Positions 31,845-40,925 of a stretch of 64,000 nt of DNA are shown here, one piece after another. The notes under the pieces were generated by a model. It was not told where the DNA came from, did no database searches, and saw only the letters and a program-made list of their open reading frames with translations. The stretch lies in NCBI GenBank assembly GCA_964575955.1, contig CAZNTG010000009.1:64001-128000 (forward strand). The letters are read 5' to 3'. Origin of the DNA: an uncultured Thermoproteaceae archaeon (GTDB lineage Archaea > Thermoproteota > Thermoprotei > Thermoproteales > Thermocladiaceae). The position numbers and the translations under genes are program-made. Numbering within the stretch: the stretch's first letter is position 1; each line of letters starts with the position of its first letter.

Positions 31845-31894
31845 TCAGGCTCGCCCATCGTTCATCAATACTCAGCTACCAACGCGTTCATCAT
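31845..31894 (-). ncRNA. C/D-box guide sRNA
   Basis: Minus strand: ATGATGA-ACGCGTTGGTAG-CTGA-gta-TTGATGA-ACGATGGGCGAGC-CTGA; canonical four-box layout. Confidence 0.93.
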
Positions 31895-31952
31895 AACTAC
31901 GGTATATATGTTAAGCACATATTTATAAGTTAGTCCTCTAGAGCACTTATAA

Positions 31953-32273
31953 ATGTCTGAGAGAGATTTAAGAATTGATATAGTTAAAATATTGTTCATA
32001 CCTACAGCATTTGCAATTGTAATATTACCAACAATATTTCTATTAATAATGGTTAAAATACCATTAAGTAAGTATATTTTAAGAATTTTATGGGCATCAT
32101 GTGCAACTTGTATATATCTAACGTTTTTAACATCATGTATTATGTATAGGAGGGTTGTATATTTAAAATATAGAGATAATGAAAAAGCTTTGAAGATTAG
32201 TAAACTTGCTAAGGTAGGAGTACTCATATTTGGAATTGCTATTATTGCACTTTGGATAGTTGTAGTAATATAA
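31953..32273 (+). CDS. Small hypothetical membrane protein (about 3 TM)
   Basis: Hydrophobic ORF filling the gap; TTTATAA upstream. Confidence 0.6.
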   Translation: MSERDLRIDIVKILFIPTAFAIVILPTIFLLIMVKIPLSKYILRILWASCATCIYLTFLTSCIMYRRVVYLKYRDNEKALKISKLAKVGVLIFGIAIIALWIVVVI

Positions 32274-32343
32274 GAACTTTCCGTAATGTACAACAGTTAC
32301 AATATTGCACAAAGTGTAATTACTTCAACATGTAAAGATATAC

Positions 32344-32775
32344 TTGATGATTAAGGTTAGAGATGTAATGTCTAAAAGACTTGTAACAATCTCACCAAAA
32401 GCAACTTTGAAAGAGGCTGCTGAGACAATGATTAAGAATGGTGTAAGTTTTCTAGTTGTAGTTCAGGATGGTAAGCTTTTTGGTGTTATTTCTGAGAAAG
32501 ATATTGTTAGATGTATTGCTGAAGGTAGAGATGTTAATAGTACAAAGATTGAAGATGTATGTACTAGAGAAGTCATAACTGTCAGAGATGAAGATTCTAT
32601 ACAGGATGCTGCAAAACTTATGAGAAGTCATAGAATTAGGCATCTAGTGGTTGTAGATTCCAACAAGAATCTTGTCGGTGTATTATCAATTAGAGATCTA
32701 GTTAGAGAGGAGGCAACATTAAAGAAGATTGAAGAATTAACACCTGAACAGCTTGAAGATTGGTGGTTTGGCTAA
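32344..32775 (+). CDS. CBS-domain protein
   Basis: VRDVMS, GVISEKDI, IRHLVVVD, GVLSIRDL. Confidence 0.9.
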   Translation: MMIKVRDVMSKRLVTISPKATLKEAAETMIKNGVSFLVVVQDGKLFGVISEKDIVRCIAEGRDVNSTKIEDVCTREVITVRDEDSIQDAAKLMRSHRIRHLVVVDSNKNLVGVLSIRDLVREEATLKKIEELTPEQLEDWWFG

Positions 32776-33542
32776 CCTTTCAATCTCTTCTCCTTCTCAA
32801 GACCTCTCTTAATAGCTTCCATAATCTTTCCCTTAACACCTTCAAATTCTAAAAACTCTATAGTTTCTATAGTTATACCTCCAGGTGTTGCAACCATTGT
32901 AATGATATCATCAGGCTTTTTCTCAAGTAGGTGCTTTCCTGTACCTATCAGTATGTTTGCAATAACTTTCAATGATGTCTCTCTATCAATTCCAGCAAGT
33001 ACACCACTCCAAGCTAGTGCATCTGCAATATATGCAATAAGTGCAGGTGTTACACCTGTAAGCATTGTGTATGCAGGCATGAGCTTTTCAGGAACTTCAA
33101 TAATAATACCAGCACCTTCTAACAACTTTTTAACTAGTTCAATATCACTTCTGGAAGTATTTCTACCTGGTGTTAATGCAATGACAGCATGTCTAACACG
33201 AATATTTATGTTAGGCATAAGACGTATAACTCTAGATTCAGGAAATAACTTCTCAATCTCATCTGTTGATAATCCTGCAACAATAGAAATTATCAATCTA
33301 CCTTTAGCAAGATTACCAATCTCATTTGCAAGATCAGAAACATCTTGTGGACGTACAGATATAAACCATATATCACAAATCTCAGCAACTTCACGAGCAG
33401 AATTACCTATATGAAAACCACGTTCACGAGCTAGTCTAAGTCTATCCTCAACAACATCATACACAACAACATCACATTTTTCACGAAAAACTTCTGCAAA
33501 TGCCTCACCCATCTTACCATAGCCAAATAATCCCAATCTCAC
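32772..33542 (-). CDS. proC: Pyrroline-5-carboxylate reductase
   Basis: GYGKMG, ISIVAG, RLMPN, VATPGGIT. Confidence 0.93.
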   Translation of the reverse strand: MRLGLFGYGKMGEAFAEVFREKCDVVVYDVVEDRLRLARERGFHIGNSAREVAEICDIWFISVRPQDVSDLANEIGNLAKGRLIISIVAGLSTDEIEKLFPESRVIRLMPNINIRVRHAVIALTPGRNTSRSDIELVKKLLEGAGIIIEVPEKLMPAYTMLTGVTPALIAYIADALAWSGVLAGIDRETSLKVIANILIGTGKHLLEKKPDDIITMVATPGGITIETIEFLEFEGVKGKIMEAIKRGLEKEKRLKG

Positions 33543-33662
33543 ACATAGTGTTCAAGACGTGAGATATATAACTGTTAAATATTTCAATTATACTAAAATC
33601 ATGAAGAATATGAAATTCTCTCTAAGACAATAACATGAATATAAATATGTAAAATATCGAGA

Positions 33663-33992
33663 ATGCATATGAATACTAACTGCAAATCTAGTAAGATAGA
33701 TATAACACATATAGAAAAGATTATTGAAGACATTATAGATAACATAAGACTTGATAAGGGGTTTAAAAGAAGACTAGTTAAGATATTGCGGAGGTATGAT
33801 AGTTTTGACTACAAGAAATTTATAACATCACTAGAAGATTATATGCATGTTAGAAGTATAGTAACGATGTCGATAGTTAAGATATTGAAAGAAGATTTTG
33901 AAAGAGAGGAATGTAGAGAAATTGTAATAAATAAGATAGATAGCATAATTGAAAGATTGACAAGGTGTGAAAGTATTATTAAAAAATCATAA
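33663..33992 (+). CDS. Hypothetical protein
   Basis: 109-aa charged helical ORF with typical codon usage. Confidence 0.55.
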   Translation: MHMNTNCKSSKIDITHIEKIIEDIIDNIRLDKGFKRRLVKILRRYDSFDYKKFITSLEDYMHVRSIVTMSIVKILKEDFEREECREIVINKIDSIIERLTRCESIIKKS

Positions 33993-34017
33993 AAATACAT
34001 CTTAAGATGTTAGAAGT

Positions 34018-34551
34018 ATGGACTTTGATACAGCAAAAATTCTCGCAGCTATTGGTGCACTCCTGATAGCTATTGGTGTAATTAGTAGAGGTATATTGTC
34101 GATAGTTGGTGGTATCTTATGGCTTATAGGAGTATACTATATGGCTAAGATAAAAGGTTCTCATGAGCTATTTGACACAGCATTAAAAAGTGCACTATTC
34201 ATAATAATAGGCTTTGCACTATTCCTAGCAATAGTATACACATTTGGACTAGGATCAATAGCAATGAACATATTTACAGGAGGTATAGCAATACCATTAC
34301 TACCACTAGCACTAGCAATATCAATACTACTAGCAGTAATATCACTATGCATATGTCTAATAGTATCAGCAATATACTACAAAAAACATAGCGACTTAAT
34401 ATCAAACATGTTTAACGAAAATCTTGCAAAAATAAGCGGAATACTAATGCTAGTAGGAGCACCATTAATAATAATATTTATAGGGCTCATACTAATATTC
34501 ATAGCATGGCTAATAATGGCAATAGTACTATTCAAAATAAAACAACAATAA
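34018..34551 (+). CDS. DUF996-like membrane protein
   Basis: AKILAAIGALL, ILSIVG, GAPLIIIFIGLILIFIAW pattern. Confidence 0.75.
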   Translation: MDFDTAKILAAIGALLIAIGVISRGILSIVGGILWLIGVYYMAKIKGSHELFDTALKSALFIIIGFALFLAIVYTFGLGSIAMNIFTGGIAIPLLPLALAISILLAVISLCICLIVSAIYYKKHSDLISNMFNENLAKISGILMLVGAPLIIIFIGLILIFIAWLIMAIVLFKIKQQ

Positions 34552-34699
34552 TTCAAAATAGATAGTAACTTTATGAGACTAATATCGGAATAGGACATCC
34601 TAGCAATTGTATAGCTAACAACGTGCTCATCGATAATCCTCATTAGATAGTTAAACGTTAGTGTATGCATATGTCATACAATGATAAGATAAATCTAGC

Positions 34700-34840
34700 T
34701 GCACAATTAGAAAGAATAGATCAAAATTAACAATGGGGAGTTAGAAGATGAGTACAGGATAATATAAGACCTATAAGGAATCTCATAGATTTAATATGTT
34801 CAAGAGGGAAGAGGTTTATGAAAGTATTAGGACTTTATAA
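34700..34840 (+). pseudogene. Possible eroded RelE/ParE toxin remnant
   Basis: Fragments DEYRII* (34747-34767) and FKREEVYE (from 34799) in different frames resemble RelE GDYRIIY and R..VY motifs. Confidence 0.3.
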
Positions 34841-34901
34841 TCAAGGTGGTCTTAAAATGCTACCTATGCATAATCTCAAATTAACTTCTTCACATGCTAG
34901 G

Positions 34902-34949
34902 TCAGTGCCGGAAACCTTCTTCATCTTTCTGTTGCAGGACTTTCATCAT
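34902..34949 (-). ncRNA. C/D-box guide sRNA overlapping the radA stop codon
   Basis: Minus strand: ATGATGA-AAGTCCTGCAA-CAGA-aag-ATGAAGA-AGGTTTCCGGCA-CTGA. Confidence 0.88.
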
Positions 34950-35923
34950 GCATCTTCTATTCCTTTGTCTGTTATTCTGAATGTTGCTGTTGATTTATAT
35001 GGTAGTCTTGGGCTGTCTAGTACTTCCATTATTCTTACATCATCTCTTGACTTTTTTAGGAATAGTCTATGTGTTACTGCGTGTGCTAGTACGTTTCCTC
35101 CTGCTGGTCTTTTAACTTCTATATATCCTAGTGGTATGTCTATTACTTGGTTTGTCATTACTATGAATATGTTGTATACTTTTGCTATTCTCATAAGCCA
35201 GTCTAGTATGTAGTTTAGTCTTTGTTGTCTTTCTGCTAGTCTTTCTCTACCTTTAAATTCTGCTCTATATAGTGCAATTATGGAGTCTATCACTATTAGT
35301 TTTACGTTGTTCTGTTCTACAAGTTTTACAAGATCAAACTTTATCCTATCTTCAAGATCTGAAGCATTTACAACCTTTATAACATATATGTTATCTAGAG
35401 CTTGTTGTGGATCTATTCCAAATCTCTTCGCAATTGCCTCTATTCTAGATGGTGAAAATGCCTCTTCAGTATCTATGTATGCACATGCACCCTGTACACC
35501 ACCTTTATCTCTTGGTAATTGTACAGTAACTGCAAGTTGATGACATATCTGTGTCTTACCTGTACCAAACTCACCAGCAAATTCATAAGTTGCTTTAGGT
35601 TCTAAACCACCATTAAGTAGTCTATCTATAGATTTGACACCAGTAGTCAATCTAGGCATATCTTGAATAGTTTTAACAAGTTCACTACCTTTCAAAACTC
35701 TCTTCTGACCAAAAACAAGCTCTCTAGCACTTCTCAAAATCTTCTCAGCTCTATCAGGAGTCATATCAGTAATATCAATCAACTCTTCAGGAGTAAACAA
35801 TGCTAAATGTCTAGCAGATATGATACCCTTAGCCTGTAACATCTGAGCAGTCTTAGGACCAATACCATCAACATCTTCAAGATCGTATCCTGTACCTTTA
35901 CCACCCACATGTAGGATAGACAA
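34946..35923 (-). CDS. radA: DNA repair and recombination protein RadA (possibly a paralog)
   Basis: N-terminal HhH, GEFGTGKTQ, YIDTE, VIDS, LAERQQ, TNQV, DSPRLP. Confidence 0.9.
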   Translation of the reverse strand: MSILHVGGKGTGYDLEDVDGIGPKTAQMLQAKGIISARHLALFTPEELIDITDMTPDRAEKILRSARELVFGQKRVLKGSELVKTIQDMPRLTTGVKSIDRLLNGGLEPKATYEFAGEFGTGKTQICHQLAVTVQLPRDKGGVQGACAYIDTEEAFSPSRIEAIAKRFGIDPQQALDNIYVIKVVNASDLEDRIKFDLVKLVEQNNVKLIVIDSIIALYRAEFKGRERLAERQQRLNYILDWLMRIAKVYNIFIVMTNQVIDIPLGYIEVKRPAGGNVLAHAVTHRLFLKKSRDDVRIMEVLDSPRLPYKSTATFRITDKGIEDA

Positions 35924-35954
35924 AGAGAAAATATATACCCAATCTACAAAATAA

Positions 35955-36004
35955 TCAGACGGGTTACCAACTCTTCATCTCTCTAGAAGCATGCGGCTCA
36001 TCAT
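35955..36004 (-). ncRNA. C/D-box guide sRNA upstream of radA
   Basis: Minus strand: ATGATGA-GCCGCATGCTTC-TAGA-gag-ATGAAGA-GTTGGTAACCCGT-CTGA. Confidence 0.88.
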
Positions 36005-36097
36005 ACAGACATTATAGAACTTGAAAATACTAATAATTTTCTCACATAGAGATTCTAACATTAAATACTTATTAATCAGACAAGTATTACAGACATA

Positions 36098-37471
36098 ATG
36101 AGTAAGAAAGAAAATAACATAATAATAAGTATGGCAATACTACTTACAACAATAATACTAACATTAACAATCTCAACAACATATGCACTTCCAACAAGAT
36201 GCTATTGGAATATTGTAAAAACATTAAATACAGTAAGCGAAAAACTGTATAAGGAGATATCAAAGGAGTTAAATATAAAAAATATACACAATACACTAGT
36301 ATTAACAAATGTTAAGTATATAACAGTAGGAGGATACTCTCTATATCCACTAACATACTACTTCATATTAAATGAATTTGAAATACCGTACAACTTAATA
36401 CCAATACACTCAATATCTATAGAAAATCCATGGATATTCACATATAACAACAGTACGAAATATGCAATATTTGTAGAATTTAATAGAACATGTATATATG
36501 ATATATTGAAAAGCTTATGTAGTGGTGAGATATCTAGTAGAGATGCTTCATATAGAATATATAATGAATGTATTATAAAATTTGACAAATTTAACTTCAA
36601 CATATCGAAAATATTGTATAGAGGTTTAGAAAATCCTAATCTAGAGTGGAAGTACATTACAACACATACTAGTGAAGATTCTGCATTTTCAATAATTACA
36701 ATAACGACAGTATGGTCACATGGAGCACCTCCTGAACTCTTTCTAGCAGCTGAGTTACACAATCATATTTGTCCTGGACTCTTATCAGGATATTTGATGT
36801 ATAGATATTTAATATTGAGAAAGTTGCTAAAGGAGGGTTATAAGGTCTACATAATAGCATCTCCAGTATATTGTAAAGATGATGTATATGTACAACTTCT
36901 AGATGCTACACCTGGCAAGAGGAGAATTGTTGTTAAATTACTAAATTGGACAGAACAAGATGAGATTTCTAAAATTCTTGGAGGTAATGTTGCAGGTATT
37001 GTAATAATGTATAATGAGCATACAGATAGTGGTGTTGCATATATATTAGCATTTAATTGGACTAAAGTACACATATATTTGAAGAAGTTTAAAATATCAT
37101 TTCATGGATCAACATGGTGGATTTCTAGAATTATAGCTGATATATACATGTTGAAATATATTAACAATCCTAGCTATTTTGTAAAAATATTAAAGATAAT
37201 ATACTTTAAAGGTCATGTATGGAGATATCCATCACTATTCTATAAGTTAGGATTAGCAGGTAGAGATCCATATGTAGTTCTTGGAGTATTGAAAATTTCA
37301 AAACCTGCATTAAAATCTCATAAATATACTCCAACTATAGTGAAGACTTCTAGATATGTTAGTAGATATAGTGTAAGTATATTTATACCAATAGTTGAGG
37401 GTATAGTTATAGCTATCCTTATTGCACTATGTTCATACCTATATGTTAAGTATAGAAGTCTAAAGAGGTAG
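36098..37471 (+). CDS. Secreted, C-terminally membrane-anchored FmdE-family protein
   Basis: Signal peptide, LHNHICPGLLSG, YCKDD...DATPGK, C-terminal TM with basic tail. Confidence 0.75.
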   Translation: MSKKENNIIISMAILLTTIILTLTISTTYALPTRCYWNIVKTLNTVSEKLYKEISKELNIKNIHNTLVLTNVKYITVGGYSLYPLTYYFILNEFEIPYNLIPIHSISIENPWIFTYNNSTKYAIFVEFNRTCIYDILKSLCSGEISSRDASYRIYNECIIKFDKFNFNISKILYRGLENPNLEWKYITTHTSEDSAFSIITITTVWSHGAPPELFLAAELHNHICPGLLSGYLMYRYLILRKLLKEGYKVYIIASPVYCKDDVYVQLLDATPGKRRIVVKLLNWTEQDEISKILGGNVAGIVIMYNEHTDSGVAYILAFNWTKVHIYLKKFKISFHGSTWWISRIIADIYMLKYINNPSYFVKILKIIYFKGHVWRYPSLFYKLGLAGRDPYVVLGVLKISKPALKSHKYTPTIVKTSRYVSRYSVSIFIPIVEGIVIAILIALCSYLYVKYRSLKR

Positions 37472-37473
37472 TT

Positions 37474-38628
37474 CTACACCATCTCATGTAGTATCTTCTC
37501 AATCTCTTCATAAGTTATTTTACATGGTGTTAAATCTATTAGATGTTTTGAAGCTTCTTCAGTTATCTTAACAATAGTCTTAATATCGTCTTTACCAAAT
37601 CCTAAGTATGATAAGCTAGTCTTTATTCCATACTGTTCAGATATTGATTTTAAGAAATATTCAACTCTTCTATACTCTTCTGATCTAAGTTTTAAGTCTG
37701 GTATAAATTCTTTAAGTATTGTAAACTTTTCAGGACATTTCATATATAGGTATGATATTAATTTTGGACCTAGAACTGCAAGTCCAAGACCATGTGCAAT
37801 TTCAGGTTTTATACCACTTACTGCATGTTCTACAGCATGTACTATGTGTGTTCTTGAATTATCTATACATATACCTCCTATAAGTGCTGAATACATTAAC
37901 CAATATCTAGCCTCTATATCATCACCATTAAAGTATGCTCTAGGTAGATATTGTAAAATTAATTTCATACCTTGACTAGCTAAAACTCTAGTGAATGGTG
38001 ATGTTGCAATACTTGTAGATGACTCAAGACAATGGTAGAATGCGTCAATACTTGTATAGACTGTCTGATCTCTAGGTAGTGTTTTCGTAAGTTCAGGATC
38101 ATCTATAGATATTGTTGGATAGAAATTTTCATCTGCAATACCTTTCTTAATCATACTTCTCTCATCTGTAAGTACTGCATATCTATCAGCTTCAGAACCT
38201 GAACCATGTGTCAAATTTATCACTACTAGAGGAATCTTACCACTAGAAACTTCACCTCTAAATAACTCACTAACACTCTTACCTGAATAGTATGCAGCTG
38301 CAACAACTTTAGATACATCAATAACTGAGCCACCTCCAATGCATATTATTAAACTTGGCTTAACATTCTTACAGAAATCTAATGCTCTTTCAGCAATACT
38401 AACTGTTGGGTTTGCAGTTACCTCATTAAAAACTTCATATGAAACATTAAGATCTTCTAAAATCTTAACAACCTTATCTAAAGCTCCAGATACTTTTGCA
38501 CTTCTCCTACCAGTTATTATTAGAGCTTTTTCAGGTTTTAAAAATTTTATAATATTACTAAGAGATTCTTCGATTATATTAATACCAAAAAATATATCAT
38601 TTCTATATCTTAGAATAAACTTCTCCAT
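37474..38628 (-). CDS. Iron-containing alcohol dehydrogenase
   Basis: ANPT, GGGSVID, THGSGSE, DAFYH, HAVEH, AHG. Confidence 0.92.
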   Translation of the reverse strand: MEKFILRYRNDIFFGINIIEESLSNIIKFLKPEKALIITGRRSAKVSGALDKVVKILEDLNVSYEVFNEVTANPTVSIAERALDFCKNVKPSLIICIGGGSVIDVSKVVAAAYYSGKSVSELFRGEVSSGKIPLVVINLTHGSGSEADRYAVLTDERSMIKKGIADENFYPTISIDDPELTKTLPRDQTVYTSIDAFYHCLESSTSIATSPFTRVLASQGMKLILQYLPRAYFNGDDIEARYWLMYSALIGGICIDNSRTHIVHAVEHAVSGIKPEIAHGLGLAVLGPKLISYLYMKCPEKFTILKEFIPDLKLRSEEYRRVEYFLKSISEQYGIKTSLSYLGFGKDDIKTIVKITEEASKHLIDLTPCKITYEEIEKILHEMV

Positions 38629-38629
38629 A

Positions 38630-39028
38630 TCATCTATATACTACACATCTACAAATTTTAAGATTACTAACTTCAATTTTAACAATATCACCATCAGATA
38701 TGTAGTTATAAAATTCTTCATCTATTTTAAACATCGGTATATTTCCCAATATAGATCCTACAAGTGTTAAAAGATCAACATCTACACACATAATTGCTTT
38801 TGGTGCCTTTCCATACTTAGATAATCCATAGAGAATGTATGAACCAACTGTAGAACCTATAGCAAATCTATATACTAGAATACTCTTATCTACACTACCT
38901 CTTCCACATATAGTTCCACTATTAATATCAATATCTCTAAGTAGGTTAATTTTATCAAACTTAACTACCCTACCTGAAATTTCTCCAATATTTGGACAAA
39001 ATATTTTGTAGATCTTAAATATCTTCAT
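38630..39028 (-). CDS. DUF126 / aconitase X swiveling subunit (phosphomevalonate dehydratase small subunit-like)
   Basis: GSTVGSYILYGL...GKAPKAI motif. Confidence 0.8.
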   Translation of the reverse strand: MKIFKIYKIFCPNIGEISGRVVKFDKINLLRDIDINSGTICGRGSVDKSILVYRFAIGSTVGSYILYGLSKYGKAPKAIMCVDVDLLTLVGSILGNIPMFKIDEEFYNYISDGDIVKIEVSNLKICRCVVYR

Positions 39029-39858
39029 AATATCTTCATGAGACTATTTTCAACTTCTTCAAATATATCATCTCCAATCTTTACATCTAGCCAAAATTCA
39101 TCTGCAACAAGAGCTTGATAGATAAGTATTGTTAATCCATCAACTATCTTACAACCTCTCTCTCTAGCATATTCAAGCATTTTTGTAATTCTCGGTCTAT
39201 AGACCATATCTATCACAACTTTACCTGGTTTAAACACGTGTTGAGGTAGTGGTGATTCACTACTTAGAGTACCTACAGGTGTGCAGTTAATTATAACGTC
39301 AGCTTTCTCAGCATATTCAACTCTACTATCCCAATCAACAATCTCTACATCAATTCCAAATTTCTTAAAATGATTTTTCAATTCTAAACTTCTCTCTCTA
39401 CTCCTATTAGCAACAATTATCTTAGAAACTTTCAACTTATTGAATATGTATACTGCAGCTCTAGCAGCACCACCAGCACCAAGTATTAATGCTACACTTC
39501 CTGAAATATCAATACCATACCTCTTCAAAGCTCTCTCAATACCATAAATATCTGTATTATGACCAATCTTAACACCATTATCAATCTTTATAGTATTTAT
39601 AGCACCTACCTGTAAAGCTTCTTCTGTAAATTTATCAATATATTTTAAAATTCTCACCTTATATGGTATTGTGACATTTAAACCACTATACTTCTCAAAT
39701 ACTTTCAAAATTTCAATATCAAAAACATCTTCAGAAATATCAATAACATCATACTTAGCATCTACATTTAACAGTCTAAATACAGTATTATGAATATGTG
39801 GTGATAATGTATAGCTAATTCTACATCCAACAAGACCGTAGAGTCTCATATTTAACAA
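39025..39858 (-). CDS. aroE: Shikimate dehydrogenase
   Basis: LSPHIH, NVTIPYK, GAINT, NTD, GAGGAA. Confidence 0.95.
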   Translation of the reverse strand: MLNMRLYGLVGCRISYTLSPHIHNTVFRLLNVDAKYDVIDISEDVFDIEILKVFEKYSGLNVTIPYKVRILKYIDKFTEEALQVGAINTIKIDNGVKIGHNTDIYGIERALKRYGIDISGSVALILGAGGAARAAVYIFNKLKVSKIIVANRSRERSLELKNHFKKFGIDVEIVDWDSRVEYAEKADVIINCTPVGTLSSESPLPQHVFKPGKVVIDMVYRPRITKMLEYARERGCKIVDGLTILIYQALVADEFWLDVKIGDDIFEEVENSLMKIL

Positions 39859-40925
39859 TCTTCAATACACTTTACAGCTTCATCAACATTATCACTCTTT
39901 TCAATACATTCAGAGAGTTTTAACATATTATCAATTACTAATCTTCTAACATCTCTAGAATATATATTGTATACCTGAATCTCTACTACAGCTCTAATAA
40001 CCTCTCTCAACCTATCTAAAACTTTCAAAGTCATTCTAAGACTTTTAGTACATATCTTCCTAATATCAATATTGAATATTTTAGAATATTTTTCTAAACT
40101 TTTCATTAATGATAGTTGATGAAAATGGTGAAGTACCTGAACTATAGACATGTATCTATCATGTTCTTCGGGGCTCTGTAAAGTTATTACATGTAGACCC
40201 ATATCTGAGAATAATTCTCTAATCTTGAGATATGTATCATCTTTACAGGTACTTCCTTTAATAATTATCATATTTTCACCAAGTACAAACATTGTTGGTC
40301 CAAATAGTGGGTGTATACTTATATATTGTAGATTTCTAATTTTACATTCATTATCTATCTTATAGAATGTTGGAACTTTTACAGATAGTACATCCATAAT
40401 TATTGTATCTCTATCGACTTTATCTAATATTTTTGAGAAGTTTTCTGAATTAAAATATTCTGGTCTTGTAGCAAATATTACTATATCTGATCTTGGTATT
40501 TCTATATCTTCTTGAGCTAGTCTCCTAGCTGAGTATATGCTTGATTCTATTCCAAATGTTGAGAATAGTGTATACATTGTTCTTCCCATACCACCTGCAC
40601 CAATTATGACAACTCTAATCCTGTCCTTCCACTTCTCTTCAACTGCTTTAGATACTTGCATCATTATTGCATAGTTTATTAGTGAGTCTACTATTGGTTC
40701 AATAACTTCTTTTGGAAGGTCTAATTGTGAAGATTTTTCAATCCATCTTCTTCTAACAATGTCCTCTCTATCTCTATCAACTATCGGTATTCCTCTTCTT
40801 ATTTTTATTTTTGCAATTTCTCTAGCTAGTTCAGCTCTTCTCTTAATTAAGTTTAGTATTTGTTCATCTATTTTGTCTATTTCTTCTCTAATTTTTGATA
40901 TCTCTTGAACTATCTCTTCTCCCAT
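39852..40925 (-). CDS. tyrA: Chorismate mutase / prephenate dehydrogenase fusion
   Basis: REEIDKID...DRDRE (CM), GAGGMG, DVLSVK, HPLFGP, EEHD. Confidence 0.9.
   Translation of the reverse strand: MGEEIVQEISKIREEIDKIDEQILNLIKRRAELAREIAKIKIRRGIPIVDRDREDIVRRRWIEKSSQLDLPKEVIEPIVDSLINYAIMMQVSKAVEEKWKDRIRVVIIGAGGMGRTMYTLFSTFGIESSIYSARRLAQEDIEIPRSDIVIFATRPEYFNSENFSKILDKVDRDTIIMDVLSVKVPTFYKIDNECKIRNLQYISIHPLFGPTMFVLGENMIIIKGSTCKDDTYLKIRELFSDMGLHVITLQSPEEHDRYMSIVQVLHHFHQLSLMKSLEKYSKIFNIDIRKICTKSLRMTLKVLDRLREVIRAVVEIQVYNIYSRDVRRLVIDNMLKLSECIEKSDNVDEAVKCIEDC

Noticed and set aside
31865-32293. 142-aa minus-strand ORF
   Set aside because: Shadow of the plus-strand membrane ORF; its end runs into a C/D sRNA
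34818-35213. 131-aa plus-strand ORF
   Set aside because: Antisense to radA and its sRNA; no recognisable motifs
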